Source: Gammaproteobacteria bacterium (GTDB taxonomy: Bacteria; Pseudomonadota; Gammaproteobacteria; SZUA-21). From it: 64,000 nt of DNA. Below are positions 51,478 through 62,768 of the stretch, piece after piece. Made by a program: the position numbers and the translations under genes. Location of the stretch: assembly GCA_003233345.1 (NCBI GenBank), contig QILK01000044.1:4874-68873 (forward strand), read 5' to 3'. Each line of letters opens with the position of its first letter. Position 1 is the first letter of the stretch. The notes beneath the pieces were generated by a model. That model saw only the letters and a program-made list of their open reading frames with translations. It did not search any database and was not told the DNA's origin.

Positions 51478-52104
51478 TTATTTATATAAATTTTCCTGGT
51501 TTATAATTTTATATACGTCATCGGTAACACAGTAGCGTACATCGATATCGGCTTGCACAAATTGCCGTATTTTCGATGACGAAAATCCAAGCTGGGTCAC
51601 TGAATATGACAAAATTGAGCCGGGGCCCGCTTCCTTAAACTCGGCAATATTATTGGTAAAATTTAATTCTAAGGAAAATTTTGTCACAGCATCTTGCAAG
51701 TTATTGGTACCGGGCCGCTCCATTACCAGGAGATGACAACGCTTAAGTATTTCCTCCCATTGCTTCCATTGATTAAACATCAAAAAAGCATCGGCACCGA
51801 TTATCAAGCACAATCGTTGATCTGTAAAATCTTTCTTTAAGGATACTAGTGTATCATACATATAAGAAGGGCCGGATCTATTCGCTTCTCTGCTATCAAG
51901 AACAAAACCGGTGAAAGGCGCTATGGCTGCTGCTACCATTTTCATGCGCATTTCGACACTGGCGACAGGTTTTTGCCTATGCGACGGATTGGCACAGGGT
52001 ATGAAACGAATATGATCGAGTTCTAACGCAGAGTAAATTTCCAATGCTGATCTAAGATGCCCTAAATGTACCGGATCAAATGTGCCACCAAAAATTCCAA
52101 TCAT
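51478..52104 (-). CDS. nadD: nicotinate-nucleotide adenylyltransferase
   Basis: 208 aa, GGTFDPVHLGH motif. Confidence 0.9.
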   Translation of the reverse strand: MIGIFGGTFDPVHLGHLRSALEIYSALELDHIRFIPCANPSHRQKPVASVEMRMKMVAAAIAPFTGFVLDSREANRSGPSYMYDTLVSLKKDFTDQRLCLIIGADAFLMFNQWKQWEEILKRCHLLVMERPGTNNLQDAVTKFSLELNFTNNIAEFKEAGPGSILSYSVTQLGFSSSKIRQFVQADIDVRYCVTDDVYKIINQENLYK

Positions 52105-52122
52105 AAATACGCCAGTCTGTGT

Positions 52123-53418
52123 TTATGTTCTTATATGACCATCACCAAATACGACGTATTTTTTTGTTGTTAAGCCCTCAAGACCAACAGGGCCTCTTAC
52201 ATGCAGCTTATCCGTACTAATACCAATTTCAGCACCCAAGCCATATTCAAATCCATCCGCAAACCGGGTCGATGCATTGACCATGACTGAACTTGAATCC
52301 ACCTGGCGAATAAAATCACGCGCCCGGGTAATATTTTCGGTAACAATAGTATCGGTATGATGCGAACCATGCGCTTCAATATGATCAATCGCCTGTTCAA
52401 AACTTTCAACCACTCTGATGGATAAGATAGGCGCCAGGTATTCTATCTCCCAGTCCTCATCCTGCGCAGGACTTATCGCCTTCAGAATTTCACAAGACCT
52501 TGCGCATCCACGTAACTCAACACCTTCTTTTTTAAATAAATCACCTAATACTGGCAATATCAACGCTGCGACTTGCTGATGAACGAGCAAGGTTTCCATT
52601 GTATTGCAGGTTCCATATCGCTGTGTCTTTGAATTAAATGCAATATTCACCGCTTTTTCTTTGTCAGCAAACCGATCTATATAGACATGACAGATACCAT
52701 CGAGGTGCTTAATAACGGGCACAGTCGCTTCATTGGAAACGCGTTCAATCAACCCTTTTCCACCGCGAGGTACAATAATATCCACATACTCGGGCATTGT
52801 AATCAATCGGCCAACCGCGTTCCTGTCGGTTGTTTCCAACACCTGTACCACGTCGGGTGAAAGCCCGGCTTTTATCAGTCCATGGTGTACACACTTGGCT
52901 ATGGCCAGGTTGGAAAGCAATGCCTCTGATCCACCTCTTAAGATACAAGCATTTCCAGACTTGAGACAAAGACCGGCTGCATCCGCTGTCACGTTTGGTC
53001 TTGATTCATATATAATACCAATCACCCCAAAGGCAACCCGCATCTGTCCAACTTGAATACCACTGGGTTGATACTTCAAGTCGGTAATTTCACCCACTGG
53101 GTCCGCTAGCGCCGCAATTTGCCTGAGTCCTTCGGCCATACCGCTAATCCGTTCTGAAGTCAGTTCCAGGCGATCTAATAACGCCTGACTCAAACCATTT
53201 TTTCGACCTTGTGCAATATCTTTGGCATTTTCCGATTTTAAAAAATCTTCGGTTTCTAACAATGATTCTGCTATAACGATTAATGCTCTATTCTTCGTTT
53301 CCGTAGATGCCGCGCTGATTTCCCGGGCAGCCCGTCTTGCCTTGGCTCCCACACTGGACATATAAGAATCTATGTCACTAATTTTTTGATCAGACTTTGT
53401 AATTGTTTGCGAATTCAT
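52123..53418 (-). CDS. proA: gamma-glutamyl phosphate reductase
   Basis: 431-aa aldehyde dehydrogenase-fold ProA. Confidence 0.9.
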   Translation of the reverse strand: MNSQTITKSDQKISDIDSYMSSVGAKARRAAREISAASTETKNRALIVIAESLLETEDFLKSENAKDIAQGRKNGLSQALLDRLELTSERISGMAEGLRQIAALADPVGEITDLKYQPSGIQVGQMRVAFGVIGIIYESRPNVTADAAGLCLKSGNACILRGGSEALLSNLAIAKCVHHGLIKAGLSPDVVQVLETTDRNAVGRLITMPEYVDIIVPRGGKGLIERVSNEATVPVIKHLDGICHVYIDRFADKEKAVNIAFNSKTQRYGTCNTMETLLVHQQVAALILPVLGDLFKKEGVELRGCARSCEILKAISPAQDEDWEIEYLAPILSIRVVESFEQAIDHIEAHGSHHTDTIVTENITRARDFIRQVDSSSVMVNASTRFADGFEYGLGAEIGISTDKLHVRGPVGLEGLTTKKYVVFGDGHIRT

Positions 53419-53484
53419 ATTATTAAACCTTATACACTTTGATATAGCTTGTATAGCTTATATATTTTATACATCCACACTTGA

Positions 53485-54510
53485 TTATACCCTGCCAAAC
53501 AAACGATGCCCTGAAAACTCACTGGTTACCGCCAATAGCTGATCCCACATATTAGCACTGTTTATTCCTTTGATGGTTAAATCTATATTTCCACATTTAT
53601 TTACCAGGTCTATCCAAGTCGACAAGGCATGGCGCCTGATTGCGGACGCCATTAATGGTTTTCGTCTTTCCCAAATTCGATACTCATTAAAAATCAGCTC
53701 ACTATTTTCACCACAGCTGATGCGTTGAGCCATCTTCGCCAGATTGCGAATCTCGCGTGACAAGGCCCATAAAATCAGAATCGGTTCTGTGCCTTCTGAT
53801 TTTAAGCTTTCCAGCACCCGCACCGCTTTTACAACGTGACCAGAAAGACAATAATCCACTAGTGAATAAATACTAAACCGACAGCTATCGCCAATTGAAT
53901 CGCGTACAACGGACTCGTCTATCGCACCCTCACCATAACTCAACCAAAGTTTTTCTACTTCCTGGGCTGCAGCTAACAAGTTGCCTTCGGCTCTTTGCGC
54001 GATAATATCAATAGCGGTTCTAGTCAGATTTAACTTTCTCTGTCTCGCCCGGCCAGCAATCCATTGTGGCAGCTGGCTGCTGTCGATAGGCCATACTTGA
54101 ACGATCACACCTGCTTTTTCAATCGCCTTAATCCATTTGGTACGCCATTGTGCTTGTTCCAGCTTGCCGCAATTTATCAGTAAAACCACGTCTTCTAGCG
54201 GGTTACTGGCTATTGCTGTCAAAATCTGGCTACCACTATCGCCTATTTTACTAGACATTAGCTGTAATTCCACCAATTTTCGATTTGCAAACAATGATAA
54301 ATTGGCAATCTCATTGGTAAGCTGGCTCCAGTCAAAACCTCTCTGGTAGACAAATTTACTACGCTCTTGGTACCCGGACTCATCTAGCTGGCCGCGAATC
54401 AAATCCATGACCTGATGGCATATTAGCGTTTCATCGCCAGTGACCAGATAAATTGGGGAAAGCTTAACTTTCCCGACCGTCGCAATAAATTTGTCTGCGT
54501 TAATTTTCAA
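53485..54510 (-). CDS. holA: DNA polymerase III delta subunit
   Basis: 341 aa HolA, conserved lptE-holA-nadD arrangement. Confidence 0.85.
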   Translation of the reverse strand: MKINADKFIATVGKVKLSPIYLVTGDETLICHQVMDLIRGQLDESGYQERSKFVYQRGFDWSQLTNEIANLSLFANRKLVELQLMSSKIGDSGSQILTAIASNPLEDVVLLINCGKLEQAQWRTKWIKAIEKAGVIVQVWPIDSSQLPQWIAGRARQRKLNLTRTAIDIIAQRAEGNLLAAAQEVEKLWLSYGEGAIDESVVRDSIGDSCRFSIYSLVDYCLSGHVVKAVRVLESLKSEGTEPILILWALSREIRNLAKMAQRISCGENSELIFNEYRIWERRKPLMASAIRRHALSTWIDLVNKCGNIDLTIKGINSANMWDQLLAVTSEFSGHRLFGRV

Positions 54511-54514
54511 AAAA

Positions 54515-55051
54515 TTACTGGCTTTGCTGCTTGAGCTGTCTCGCTTTTAATTGATACTGTATCCTTTGCAATACACTAGATCCAATATCCCGAAGCAATT
54601 CTCTTTGAATAATTGACGCTTCAACTGATTTGCCAACAACCTGTCCTTCATCAAACGCATAATCTCGATTACGTGTGACAGTTTGTCTTTTAACTAATAT
54701 TTTTCCATCGACTGTCTTTACATCAAATGTGACAGCAATTGAAAGTCTAAACTCTCGCACTCGACCCAAGCTACCGACTGACTGAACGCGTTTCTTTCGA
54801 GTGATTTTATGAATCTTAAGGATAGCAGAGGCTGATTTTTCGTTTTTTGCCATCTCGACGCCTGATCGTGATAACTGTACTTCGAGTTGATCTGTAAAAG
54901 GCAAGCTACTGGCTTTTACGAAGACACTGCGCATTTCAGCGGGCAAAGACACTTTGCCGCGCATTTTGAAACCACAACCAGATAAGCTCGCCATAAAAAA
55001 TAAGACCGATATCGTTATTAGTAATACTTTACGATTGCAAAATTTGTTCAT
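54515..55051 (-). CDS. lptE: LPS-assembly lipoprotein LptE
   Basis: 178 aa, lipobox LSGC, after leuS. Confidence 0.85.
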   Translation of the reverse strand: MNKFCNRKVLLITISVLFFMASLSGCGFKMRGKVSLPAEMRSVFVKASSLPFTDQLEVQLSRSGVEMAKNEKSASAILKIHKITRKKRVQSVGSLGRVREFRLSIAVTFDVKTVDGKILVKRQTVTRNRDYAFDEGQVVGKSVEASIIQRELLRDIGSSVLQRIQYQLKARQLKQQSQ

Positions 55052-55073
55052 TATTTCTTCCTGATTTTATTTG

Positions 55074-57698
55074 TTAGTTAGCAACAATATTGACCAGCTT
55101 TGACGGCACGATCACCACCTTGCGAATAGTTAACGACTGTATATGTTTTTTCACATTAGGGTCACTGAGTGCAAACTCTTCAATCTGACTATTATTCCAT
55201 GCGACCATAATATCGATAGTCGCACGGCGTTTTCCATTAACCATCACTGGCATTGAAATCTGTTCAACCGCTAATGCTGCCGGGTCCGGCTGCGGCCATG
55301 CTGCGTCAGCAATAGCATCTGAAGATTTGAGTAAAGACCAAAGTGCAAAGCAAATATGCGGTACAATGGGATATAAAATTCTTATCAAAATATCAACACC
55401 TTCAGCAAAAACAGCATCTTCTGCTTTTTTGTCGCCACAGACGCCATGCAGCCCGGAAAGTATATTGAGCATTTTCATTCCGGCGGAGACCACTGTATTA
55501 AACTGGTATTTTTTAACATCACGATTAACCTGTTGCAATACATTGTGAATTTCCGTACGCAACTCTTTTAATGCTTTAGGATTTGAATCCCAATTAAATT
55601 TCTTAAATGCTTCATCTTTATAGGCTGCTTGTAGGATTGCCTGATGCCCATCATCAACCACCAGTCTCCAGACTTTCCTTAAAAACCGAAATGAGCCTTC
55701 GACCGAATCATCATTCCACTCCAAAGACTGTGTTGGCGGCGCGGTAAACATGCTGTATAGACGCACCGTGTCGGCACCGTACTTATCAATTAACGTCTGC
55801 GGATCGACGCCATTGTTTTTAGATTTTGACATTTTTTCAATGCCAGCCAAATTAACGACCTGACCATCGGCGAGCAGTTTTGCGCTAATAATTCGGCCCT
55901 TTTTATCGCGTTCAACATCCACTTCCGAAGGCGCATAGAACACTTCTTTTCCGTTAATATGTCGCGAATAAGTCTCGGCAACGACCATACCTTGTGTTAG
56001 CAGGTTGGTAAAAGGCTCATCCTTTTTGACGATACCTATGTCACGCATTAATTTATGAAAAAAGCGCGCGTAAAGCAAATGCATTACTGCGTGTTCGATA
56101 CCCCCAATATACTGATCGACGGGTAACCAATAGTCACTCCTTTCGTCAAGCATCGATTCAGACTGATCAGCACAGGTATATCTCGCGTAATACCAGGACG
56201 ATTCAAAAAAAGTATCAAAGGTATCGGTTTCCCTTTCTGCCTTGCCGCCACAATCTGGGCAACTGGTTTGATAAAATTCGCGCATTTTTTTTATCGGCGA
56301 ACCCACCCCATCGAATTTTACATCTTCGGGTAACACAACAGGCAAATCCTTTTCCGGCACGGGTACCGGGCCACACTGATCACAATATATCATTGGGATA
56401 GGCGTGCCCCAGTATCTTTGTCTCGATACACCCCAATCTCGCAAACGATAATTAGTCTGACGACAACCTCTGTTTTTCTTTTCTAACCAATCTGCTATCG
56501 CGTTAAAGGCTTGCTCGAATTCCATGCCATCAAATTCACCTGAGTTTTCCAACACCCCTTTTTCAACAAAGGCCTGGTTAGCGATATCGGCTGGGACTTT
56601 ACTATCAGGCGCAGGGGTTATTACCTGCCTGATCGGAATAGCGTACTTTTTTGCAAATTCATAATCTCGTTGATCGTGCGCAGGCACAGACATAACCGCA
56701 CCGGTTCCGTAACCCATCAATACAAAATTCGCCGCCCACACCGGAACACTTTCGCCGGTGACTGGGTGAATGGCATTGACACCGGTTGCCATGCCTTTTT
56801 TCTCCATTGTTTCCAGTACCGCTTCTGCCGTCCCCTGTTTTTTGCAATTATCGATAAAAGCTTGTAAGTCACCATTATTTTTTGCCGCAGACAATGCCAA
56901 TGGATGTTCGGCGGCGACCGCCACATAGGTAACACCCATTAAGGTATCAGGTCGCGTGGTATAAACCAGCAATGCCTCTGCGCCTTGTTCAATTTCAAAC
57001 TTAATTTCAACACCCTGTGATCGACCGATCCAATAGCGTTGCATGGTTTTAACCGAGTCTGGCCAGCCTTGCAACGTATCGATATCATTTAATAGTTCTT
57101 CGGCATAATCGGTTATTTTCATAAACCACTGTGATATTTCCTTGCGCTCAACCATGGTGTCACAACGCCAGCATTTTCCATCCTTAACCTGCTCATTGGC
57201 CAACACGGTCATATCGTTGGGACACCAGTTAACCGGTGCCGTTTTTTTATAGACCAGGCCCTTTTTATAAAGCCGGGTAAATAACCATTGCTCCCAACGA
57301 TAATATTCTGGTTTACAGGTTGTTACTTCGCGTTTCCAATCATAAGCAAATCCAAGACGCATCAGTTGTTGGCGCATATAATCGATATTTTCGTAAGTCC
57401 ATTTTGCGGGTGGAACATTGTTTTTAATGGCCGCGTTTTCCGCTGGCATACCAAACGCATCCCAGCCCATAGGCTGGAGCACATTCTTACCGAGCATGCG
57501 CTGATAGCGGGCGATAACATCGCCTATCGTATAGTTTCTGACATGACCCATATGTAAACGGCCACTGGGATAGGGAAACATAGAAAGACAATAGAATTTT
57601 TCCTTAGCTGGATCTTCTATGACTTCATTCGATCTGTTTTTTTCCCAATGTGACTGGGCACTTTTTTCTACCTTAGCCGGATTGTAATTTTGGTTCAT
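55074..57698 (-). CDS. leuS: leucine--tRNA ligase
   Basis: 874 aa, HMGH and KMSKS class I motifs. Confidence 0.95.
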   Translation of the reverse strand: MNQNYNPAKVEKSAQSHWEKNRSNEVIEDPAKEKFYCLSMFPYPSGRLHMGHVRNYTIGDVIARYQRMLGKNVLQPMGWDAFGMPAENAAIKNNVPPAKWTYENIDYMRQQLMRLGFAYDWKREVTTCKPEYYRWEQWLFTRLYKKGLVYKKTAPVNWCPNDMTVLANEQVKDGKCWRCDTMVERKEISQWFMKITDYAEELLNDIDTLQGWPDSVKTMQRYWIGRSQGVEIKFEIEQGAEALLVYTTRPDTLMGVTYVAVAAEHPLALSAAKNNGDLQAFIDNCKKQGTAEAVLETMEKKGMATGVNAIHPVTGESVPVWAANFVLMGYGTGAVMSVPAHDQRDYEFAKKYAIPIRQVITPAPDSKVPADIANQAFVEKGVLENSGEFDGMEFEQAFNAIADWLEKKNRGCRQTNYRLRDWGVSRQRYWGTPIPMIYCDQCGPVPVPEKDLPVVLPEDVKFDGVGSPIKKMREFYQTSCPDCGGKAERETDTFDTFFESSWYYARYTCADQSESMLDERSDYWLPVDQYIGGIEHAVMHLLYARFFHKLMRDIGIVKKDEPFTNLLTQGMVVAETYSRHINGKEVFYAPSEVDVERDKKGRIISAKLLADGQVVNLAGIEKMSKSKNNGVDPQTLIDKYGADTVRLYSMFTAPPTQSLEWNDDSVEGSFRFLRKVWRLVVDDGHQAILQAAYKDEAFKKFNWDSNPKALKELRTEIHNVLQQVNRDVKKYQFNTVVSAGMKMLNILSGLHGVCGDKKAEDAVFAEGVDILIRILYPIVPHICFALWSLLKSSDAIADAAWPQPDPAALAVEQISMPVMVNGKRRATIDIMVAWNNSQIEEFALSDPNVKKHIQSLTIRKVVIVPSKLVNIVAN

Positions 57699-57822
57699 AT
57701 ACCCGTCTTTCTATTTTGATTAATCGTTAAAATCAAATATTTTAACAATAACAGGCGGTCTATGCTTCGGTTTTATACAGGAAAACCCAAAACTGACAAA
57801 AAGCGTTAACAATTATGTGATA

Positions 57823-59904
57823 TTAGTTAGATGATTTGCGTTTTAGGAAAAAAATGGACAATAAAGCAACAATCAAAGCGAGTATCAACACCGCCCAATC
57901 ACCCGTTTTTGCATAGAGGGTCATACCCGTCATTGGCGGCACATTAGCACTAAGCACAGCCGCTTTAAACCTTGGAAGTGAGTGCAATACTTTGCCATGG
58001 GTGTCGATAACCGCGGTAACGCCATCATTAGTCGAACTGAGGATATAGCGCCCTATTTCGCGGGCACGCATTTGTGCCATTTGCAAATGTTGATAGGCCT
58101 CAAGGCTATCGCCCATCCAGGGCCTGAGCAGCGTCATCCCGCTTAATTGCCGCTCCCAAGGTTTATAAGCTGGCATCGAACTAAGGGGGGACTCGCCCAT
58201 AGACAAATTTCGGGGAGGATTATAAAACCAGGCATTATTACTAAAATTTATAAAAAAAACAGCGCCTGGCAATGCTTTCGCCATTTCGCGGCCAAAGGCA
58301 ATTTCATAACAGATATTAATGCCGATGGTATGACCCTTGACCACGATCGGTTTTTGCACCGTATCGCCAGCAGCAAAATCGCTACCGGGAACATTAAACA
58401 CATCGTAAAAATCACCCAATACCGATTCAAATGGCATAAACTCGCCAAACGGTACCAGATGTGTTTTGTCATAACGAATTAAAGAATCGGCTGTGAGCTT
58501 GATGATACTATTAAACTCAACGACCTTAGCTTTACCTCGAACCTCGCGTGTGGATGCTACGGGAATACCCAGTAACAAGCTGGCATTTTTATCTTTTAAA
58601 CCCTGCTGTAGCTCACGAATATAACCCGCCTGAATTTCGTCCAGAAACGCAGGAATAGCCGTCTCAGGCCAAATCACCAAATCAGCATCCCCTAAATTTT
58701 CAGACATCATTTTATAACGGCTTGCCGAAAGTGACTTTCCCAGTTTGGTCCATTTAATACCTTGATGGATATTTCCTTGTACAAGCCGAATAGACAATGG
58801 ATCGCCAGAGGGCTTGCTCCAATCAAGCTGCGAAAGCGCTAATGCACCCAATACTAACAAAGCACCGAAAATGACATAGATTTTTTTTAGCCATAACCCA
58901 TAAACCAGAATGCCGGCAAGTATTATCCAACACAACAAGTCTGCGCCTAACAGTGCTGATACTGAAAAAACTGCCAGCACGGCATACAAGATTCTTGCTT
59001 GCGCTGCAAACAGCAAATACACGATCGCACCCAAGGTGACAACTAGCCAGCCAATCCCGTAAACGCCCACCACCGGCGCATAATTTGCGAGTATTGTTTC
59101 AGATTGGCTATAGCCGATCGCTAACCAGGGGAAACCGGATAAAAGCCAGCTACGCAACCATTCAAATATCAACCAGAAAGCCGGTAATAATAATAGAATA
59201 CCGGTCGTCGAATATTTACTATTTTTCGATAACGCAGAGACTTTTCCGAACAACGATTTTTTCCAGATGATATCCTGATTAAACTTGTCTTCGAGTTTGT
59301 CGACGATCAATTTAGTGATATCCGCTGATACCCCCGCCACCAAAATTTTTCGTCCTTTGAATAGCTGCTTTGATTTACTCTGTCCACTCTTACCTAATTC
59401 AGCAGACACAATTGTTTTTATCGCTTTATAATCAGCTTCGCAATAGGGCGATGATGAAATGGTTATATTCAAGAGTGAATCGTCTTCCGCGTCTCCACTA
59501 CTGGCTCTTAGTAATATTTTTTTACTTTTAGAGGAATATTTTTTACTTAACCAGAATGCTAACGCAGGAAATAACGCCAGATAAGAAGCCAGTCCGACAA
59601 TGATCGCAATGGTTGCAATTAGAGGCACCTGATAATAAACATGCATACTGAAATAGATCCAGTAAACTGCCGCCACAAAATACCCGAACGAAAACCACCA
59701 GCTTCGCCGAAACGTCTGCCCCGACGTCAAGTTCGCTGTTATTATTAAAACAATAACAGGCAATATAATCGCCAACATTCCTTGATAGAAAGGCGCAAAC
59801 GAAAAAATAAACAAGGCACCGAGCAACGCGACACCCAGTGTGTTCACTAGGTGAGTCGTAATAAGCTTACTGATTAATACCGTTGAATGTACTACACGCT
59901 TCAT
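57823..59904 (-). CDS. lnt: apolipoprotein N-acyltransferase Lnt, atypically long (693 aa) with an about 105-aa insertion in an early loop and an extra predicted TM segment
   Basis: Nitrilase-like periplasmic domain with E-K-C catalytic context (WPETA..., ICYE) and flanking TM helices; aligns to E. coli Lnt except for residues about 123-228 and about 300-335. Confidence 0.85.
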   Translation of the reverse strand: MKRVVHSTVLISKLITTHLVNTLGVALLGALFIFSFAPFYQGMLAIILPVIVLIITANLTSGQTFRRSWWFSFGYFVAAVYWIYFSMHVYYQVPLIATIAIIVGLASYLALFPALAFWLSKKYSSKSKKILLRASSGDAEDDSLLNITISSSPYCEADYKAIKTIVSAELGKSGQSKSKQLFKGRKILVAGVSADITKLIVDKLEDKFNQDIIWKKSLFGKVSALSKNSKYSTTGILLLLPAFWLIFEWLRSWLLSGFPWLAIGYSQSETILANYAPVVGVYGIGWLVVTLGAIVYLLFAAQARILYAVLAVFSVSALLGADLLCWIILAGILVYGLWLKKIYVIFGALLVLGALALSQLDWSKPSGDPLSIRLVQGNIHQGIKWTKLGKSLSASRYKMMSENLGDADLVIWPETAIPAFLDEIQAGYIRELQQGLKDKNASLLLGIPVASTREVRGKAKVVEFNSIIKLTADSLIRYDKTHLVPFGEFMPFESVLGDFYDVFNVPGSDFAAGDTVQKPIVVKGHTIGINICYEIAFGREMAKALPGAVFFINFSNNAWFYNPPRNLSMGESPLSSMPAYKPWERQLSGMTLLRPWMGDSLEAYQHLQMAQMRAREIGRYILSSTNDGVTAVIDTHGKVLHSLPRFKAAVLSANVPPMTGMTLYAKTGDWAVLILALIVALLSIFFLKRKSSN

Positions 59905-59945
59905 TATTATATAAATATACCTGATATGACGCTCTACTTACAGCA

Positions 59946-60809
59946 TCAACTGCTTTCTTCATCCCGTGCATTTATCGTCACTTGAACCAAGTGGATACGT
60001 CGCGCATCAGACCTGAAAATACGAAAAGTCAAATTACCGATTGCGATTGTTTCACTGCGTTTAGGCAAACGACCAAATTTGCTGAGCAATACACCACCAA
60101 TAGTATCAAATTCATCGGCATTGAAATCAGTACCAAACTGTAGATTAAATTCTTCGACGGGCGTTAGCGCCTTAACCGTAAATCTTGAGTCACTATGCCG
60201 CAGAATATACTTTCCTTCGTCGATATCATGCTCATCGGCTATCTCGCCAACGATTTGCTCGATGACATCTTCAATCGTCACGATGCCAGCAACACCACCG
60301 TATTCGTCAACAACGATTGCCATGTGATTACGACTGGCCCTGAACTCTTTTAAAAGCACATTGAGGCGTTTACTTTCCGGGACAAATACTGCGGGCCGCA
60401 ACAAATCGCGAATCGGTACTTTATTTTGTTCCTGATCAACAACAACCCTCAACATATCTTTTGCCAATAAAATACCTATCACTTCATCGCGACTGTCACC
60501 GACTACCGGAAATCGTGAGTGTCCTGAATTAACAATGACACTTAACATAGCATCGACATCGGCGTCGAGCTCTAGAATAACGATTTGCGATCGAGGAATC
60601 ATAATATCGCGTACATGCAATTCTGATACTTGCAATACACCCTCGATCATAGTTAATGCATCTGCATCGATCAGGCTGCGTTTTTGAGAATCTCTTATAA
60701 GGTCTACAAGTTCGTTCCGGTCGTTGGGTTCAGCAGCAAATGCGTTTTTAATTCGCTCTAACCATGATGCTGTCCCAAGACCGGTGGTACTGTGGCTTTC
60801 TTTTGTCAT
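59946..60809 (-). CDS. corC: Mg2+/Co2+ efflux-associated CBS-pair/CorC_HlyC protein (YbeX)
   Basis: 287 aa, tandem CBS + transporter-associated domain. Confidence 0.9.
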   Translation of the reverse strand: MTKESHSTTGLGTASWLERIKNAFAAEPNDRNELVDLIRDSQKRSLIDADALTMIEGVLQVSELHVRDIMIPRSQIVILELDADVDAMLSVIVNSGHSRFPVVGDSRDEVIGILLAKDMLRVVVDQEQNKVPIRDLLRPAVFVPESKRLNVLLKEFRASRNHMAIVVDEYGGVAGIVTIEDVIEQIVGEIADEHDIDEGKYILRHSDSRFTVKALTPVEEFNLQFGTDFNADEFDTIGGVLLSKFGRLPKRSETIAIGNLTFRIFRSDARRIHLVQVTINARDEESS

Positions 60810-60829
60810 TTTTTTTTCGTAAGTCTCCT

Positions 60830-61336
60830 TTACATAGTCGAATCTAGGTAGGGCGACGGGAACCCCAATTGTTGCAACAGAGATGTTTCCAGGCTTTCCA
60901 TTTCTTCCGCTTGTATAATATCTTCATGATCATAGCCGAGTAAATGCAGTAGACCATGTACCAACATATGAGCCCAATGAGCCAACCATTGCTTGTGTTG
61001 CTTATTGGCTTCACTGAGAACAATGGGAACGCAAATAACGATATCGCCCAGAAGGGGCTCAAGCAGAAACGAATCGGAAACGGGGTCGGACAAGGAGAAT
61101 GAAAGGACATTGGTGGGCTTATCGATATTACGATACTCACGATTCAATGCCTGCATTTCCACTTCATTCACCAATCGAACAACAACGGGGCCTACCGGCA
61201 CTTGCAAATAGTCGAACACCTTGCTTGCCCAACATTCGAAATCTGACGCGGATGGCACATCTACGTCATCTGTCGCAAATTGGATTTCCAGCCAAGATAT
61301 AGGTTTGTCCATTATCGGTAACGCTGCGTCTCTCAT
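60830..61336 (-). CDS. ybeY: rRNA maturation endoribonuclease YbeY
   Basis: 168 aa, HxxxHxxGxxH zinc motif (HGLLHLLGYDH). Confidence 0.9.
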   Translation of the reverse strand: MRDAALPIMDKPISWLEIQFATDDVDVPSASDFECWASKVFDYLQVPVGPVVVRLVNEVEMQALNREYRNIDKPTNVLSFSLSDPVSDSFLLEPLLGDIVICVPIVLSEANKQHKQWLAHWAHMLVHGLLHLLGYDHEDIIQAEEMESLETSLLQQLGFPSPYLDSTM

Positions 61337-61342
61337 TTCAGT

Positions 61343-62320
61343 CTATTGGTTTTCATCAAGCTTTTCGTATGCGGTTACAATACGTTGCACTAACGGATGC
61401 CGAACAACATCGCGCGCGCTAAAAAAATTAAAACTTATGCCATCGACATCTTTCAGTACGTCAATCACATGGCGCAAACCGGATTTACAATTGCTGGGTA
61501 AATCCACCTGGGATATGTCGCCGGTAATGACTGCTGTCGACCCGAGGCCAATACGCGTTAGAAACATTTTCATTTGCTCGACAGTGGTATTCTGGGCTTC
61601 ATCAAGAATAATAAACGCATCATTCAACGTGCGTCCACGCATATAAGCAAGTGGCGCTATTTCAATGACACTTCTTTCAACCAGCTTTGCTACTTTTTCA
61701 AATCCGAGCATTTCGTACAATGCGTCATAAAGCGGACGCAGGTAGGGATCTATTTTTTGCGCCAAATCGCCAGGCAGGAAACCCAGTCGCTCCCCCGCCT
61801 CTACCGCAGGTCGAGTCAACACCACACGTCGTACAGTTTGCTTTTCCAGTGCATTGACCGCGCAAGCGACAGCCAAAAAAGTCTTACCCGTACCGGCTGG
61901 CCCGATTCCAAAATTGATATCGTACCGTAACATATTTTTGAGATACTGGGCTTGGTGAGGTCCGCGTCCCTTCACCTGGATTTTTCGCAAACTAACGATG
62001 ACCTCTTCCACAGACGCTTCGGGAATGCCGCCACTGTCCATCAACCCGGACTCCTGCAAACACAAATGCACTTCTTTCATAGATAGCGCGCCTGCTTCAG
62101 TCGCGTCATACAGTTTACTGATAACCAACTTGGCCAACTGGGCACTGGTCTCGTCGCCAATCACCTGAAAATGACTGCCGCGATTATTGATTTCGACACC
62201 CAGCCTGCTTTCCATTAAGCGAATATGCTCATCGAACTGGCCGCATAAATTGGCTAAGCGCAAATTGTCCGCCGGTTCCATATGCAACTCGATTGATGTC
62301 TTGGGGTGTTCTAGTTTCAT
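61343..62320 (-). CDS. ybeZ: PhoH-like ATPase YbeZ
   Basis: 325 aa, Walker A GPAGTGKT. Confidence 0.9.
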   Translation of the reverse strand: MKLEHPKTSIELHMEPADNLRLANLCGQFDEHIRLMESRLGVEINNRGSHFQVIGDETSAQLAKLVISKLYDATEAGALSMKEVHLCLQESGLMDSGGIPEASVEEVIVSLRKIQVKGRGPHQAQYLKNMLRYDINFGIGPAGTGKTFLAVACAVNALEKQTVRRVVLTRPAVEAGERLGFLPGDLAQKIDPYLRPLYDALYEMLGFEKVAKLVERSVIEIAPLAYMRGRTLNDAFIILDEAQNTTVEQMKMFLTRIGLGSTAVITGDISQVDLPSNCKSGLRHVIDVLKDVDGISFNFFSARDVVRHPLVQRIVTAYEKLDENQ

Positions 62321-62589
62321 TCGGTATTAAAAACAGGGGGAAAAGTCGTGTTAGCGTTGGAAAGAATAAAATTCTGGATACGGCCTGCCCTGCAAATATA
62401 TCGGAAGATAAATCCACAAATAAAGTTGGCACAAATACCGAATATGAAACTGACCACGGAAACAAGTCTCATGGTCAAAGTATGGTTCATGTTACCGGTA
62501 TCAGCAAGTGACAATCCATGTATATCCTCTACGAAATGTATGCTATTCATTTTTAATTTATCTGTAATTTATTTGTATATTATATATAG

Positions 62590-62743
62590 GTAGCCCGGAC
62601 TTCGCGCAGCGAACGCCGGGAGAACGAACATCCTATTTTCCTGTCTTAATCAGCTACCGGCTACCTTACGCATATTCCTGTTTTAATTGAATTTTGAACC
62701 CTATTCCTTTTCCCCGGCGTTCGCTGCGCGAAGTCCGGGCTAC
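62590..62743. mobile_element. MITE-like element copy C (about 154 bp)
   Basis: Same 30-bp TIRs as copies A and B; internal sequence is reverse complement of copy B interior. Confidence 0.8.
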
Positions 62744-62768
62744 GGGTTCTCTTAACTAAGCGAAAAAT

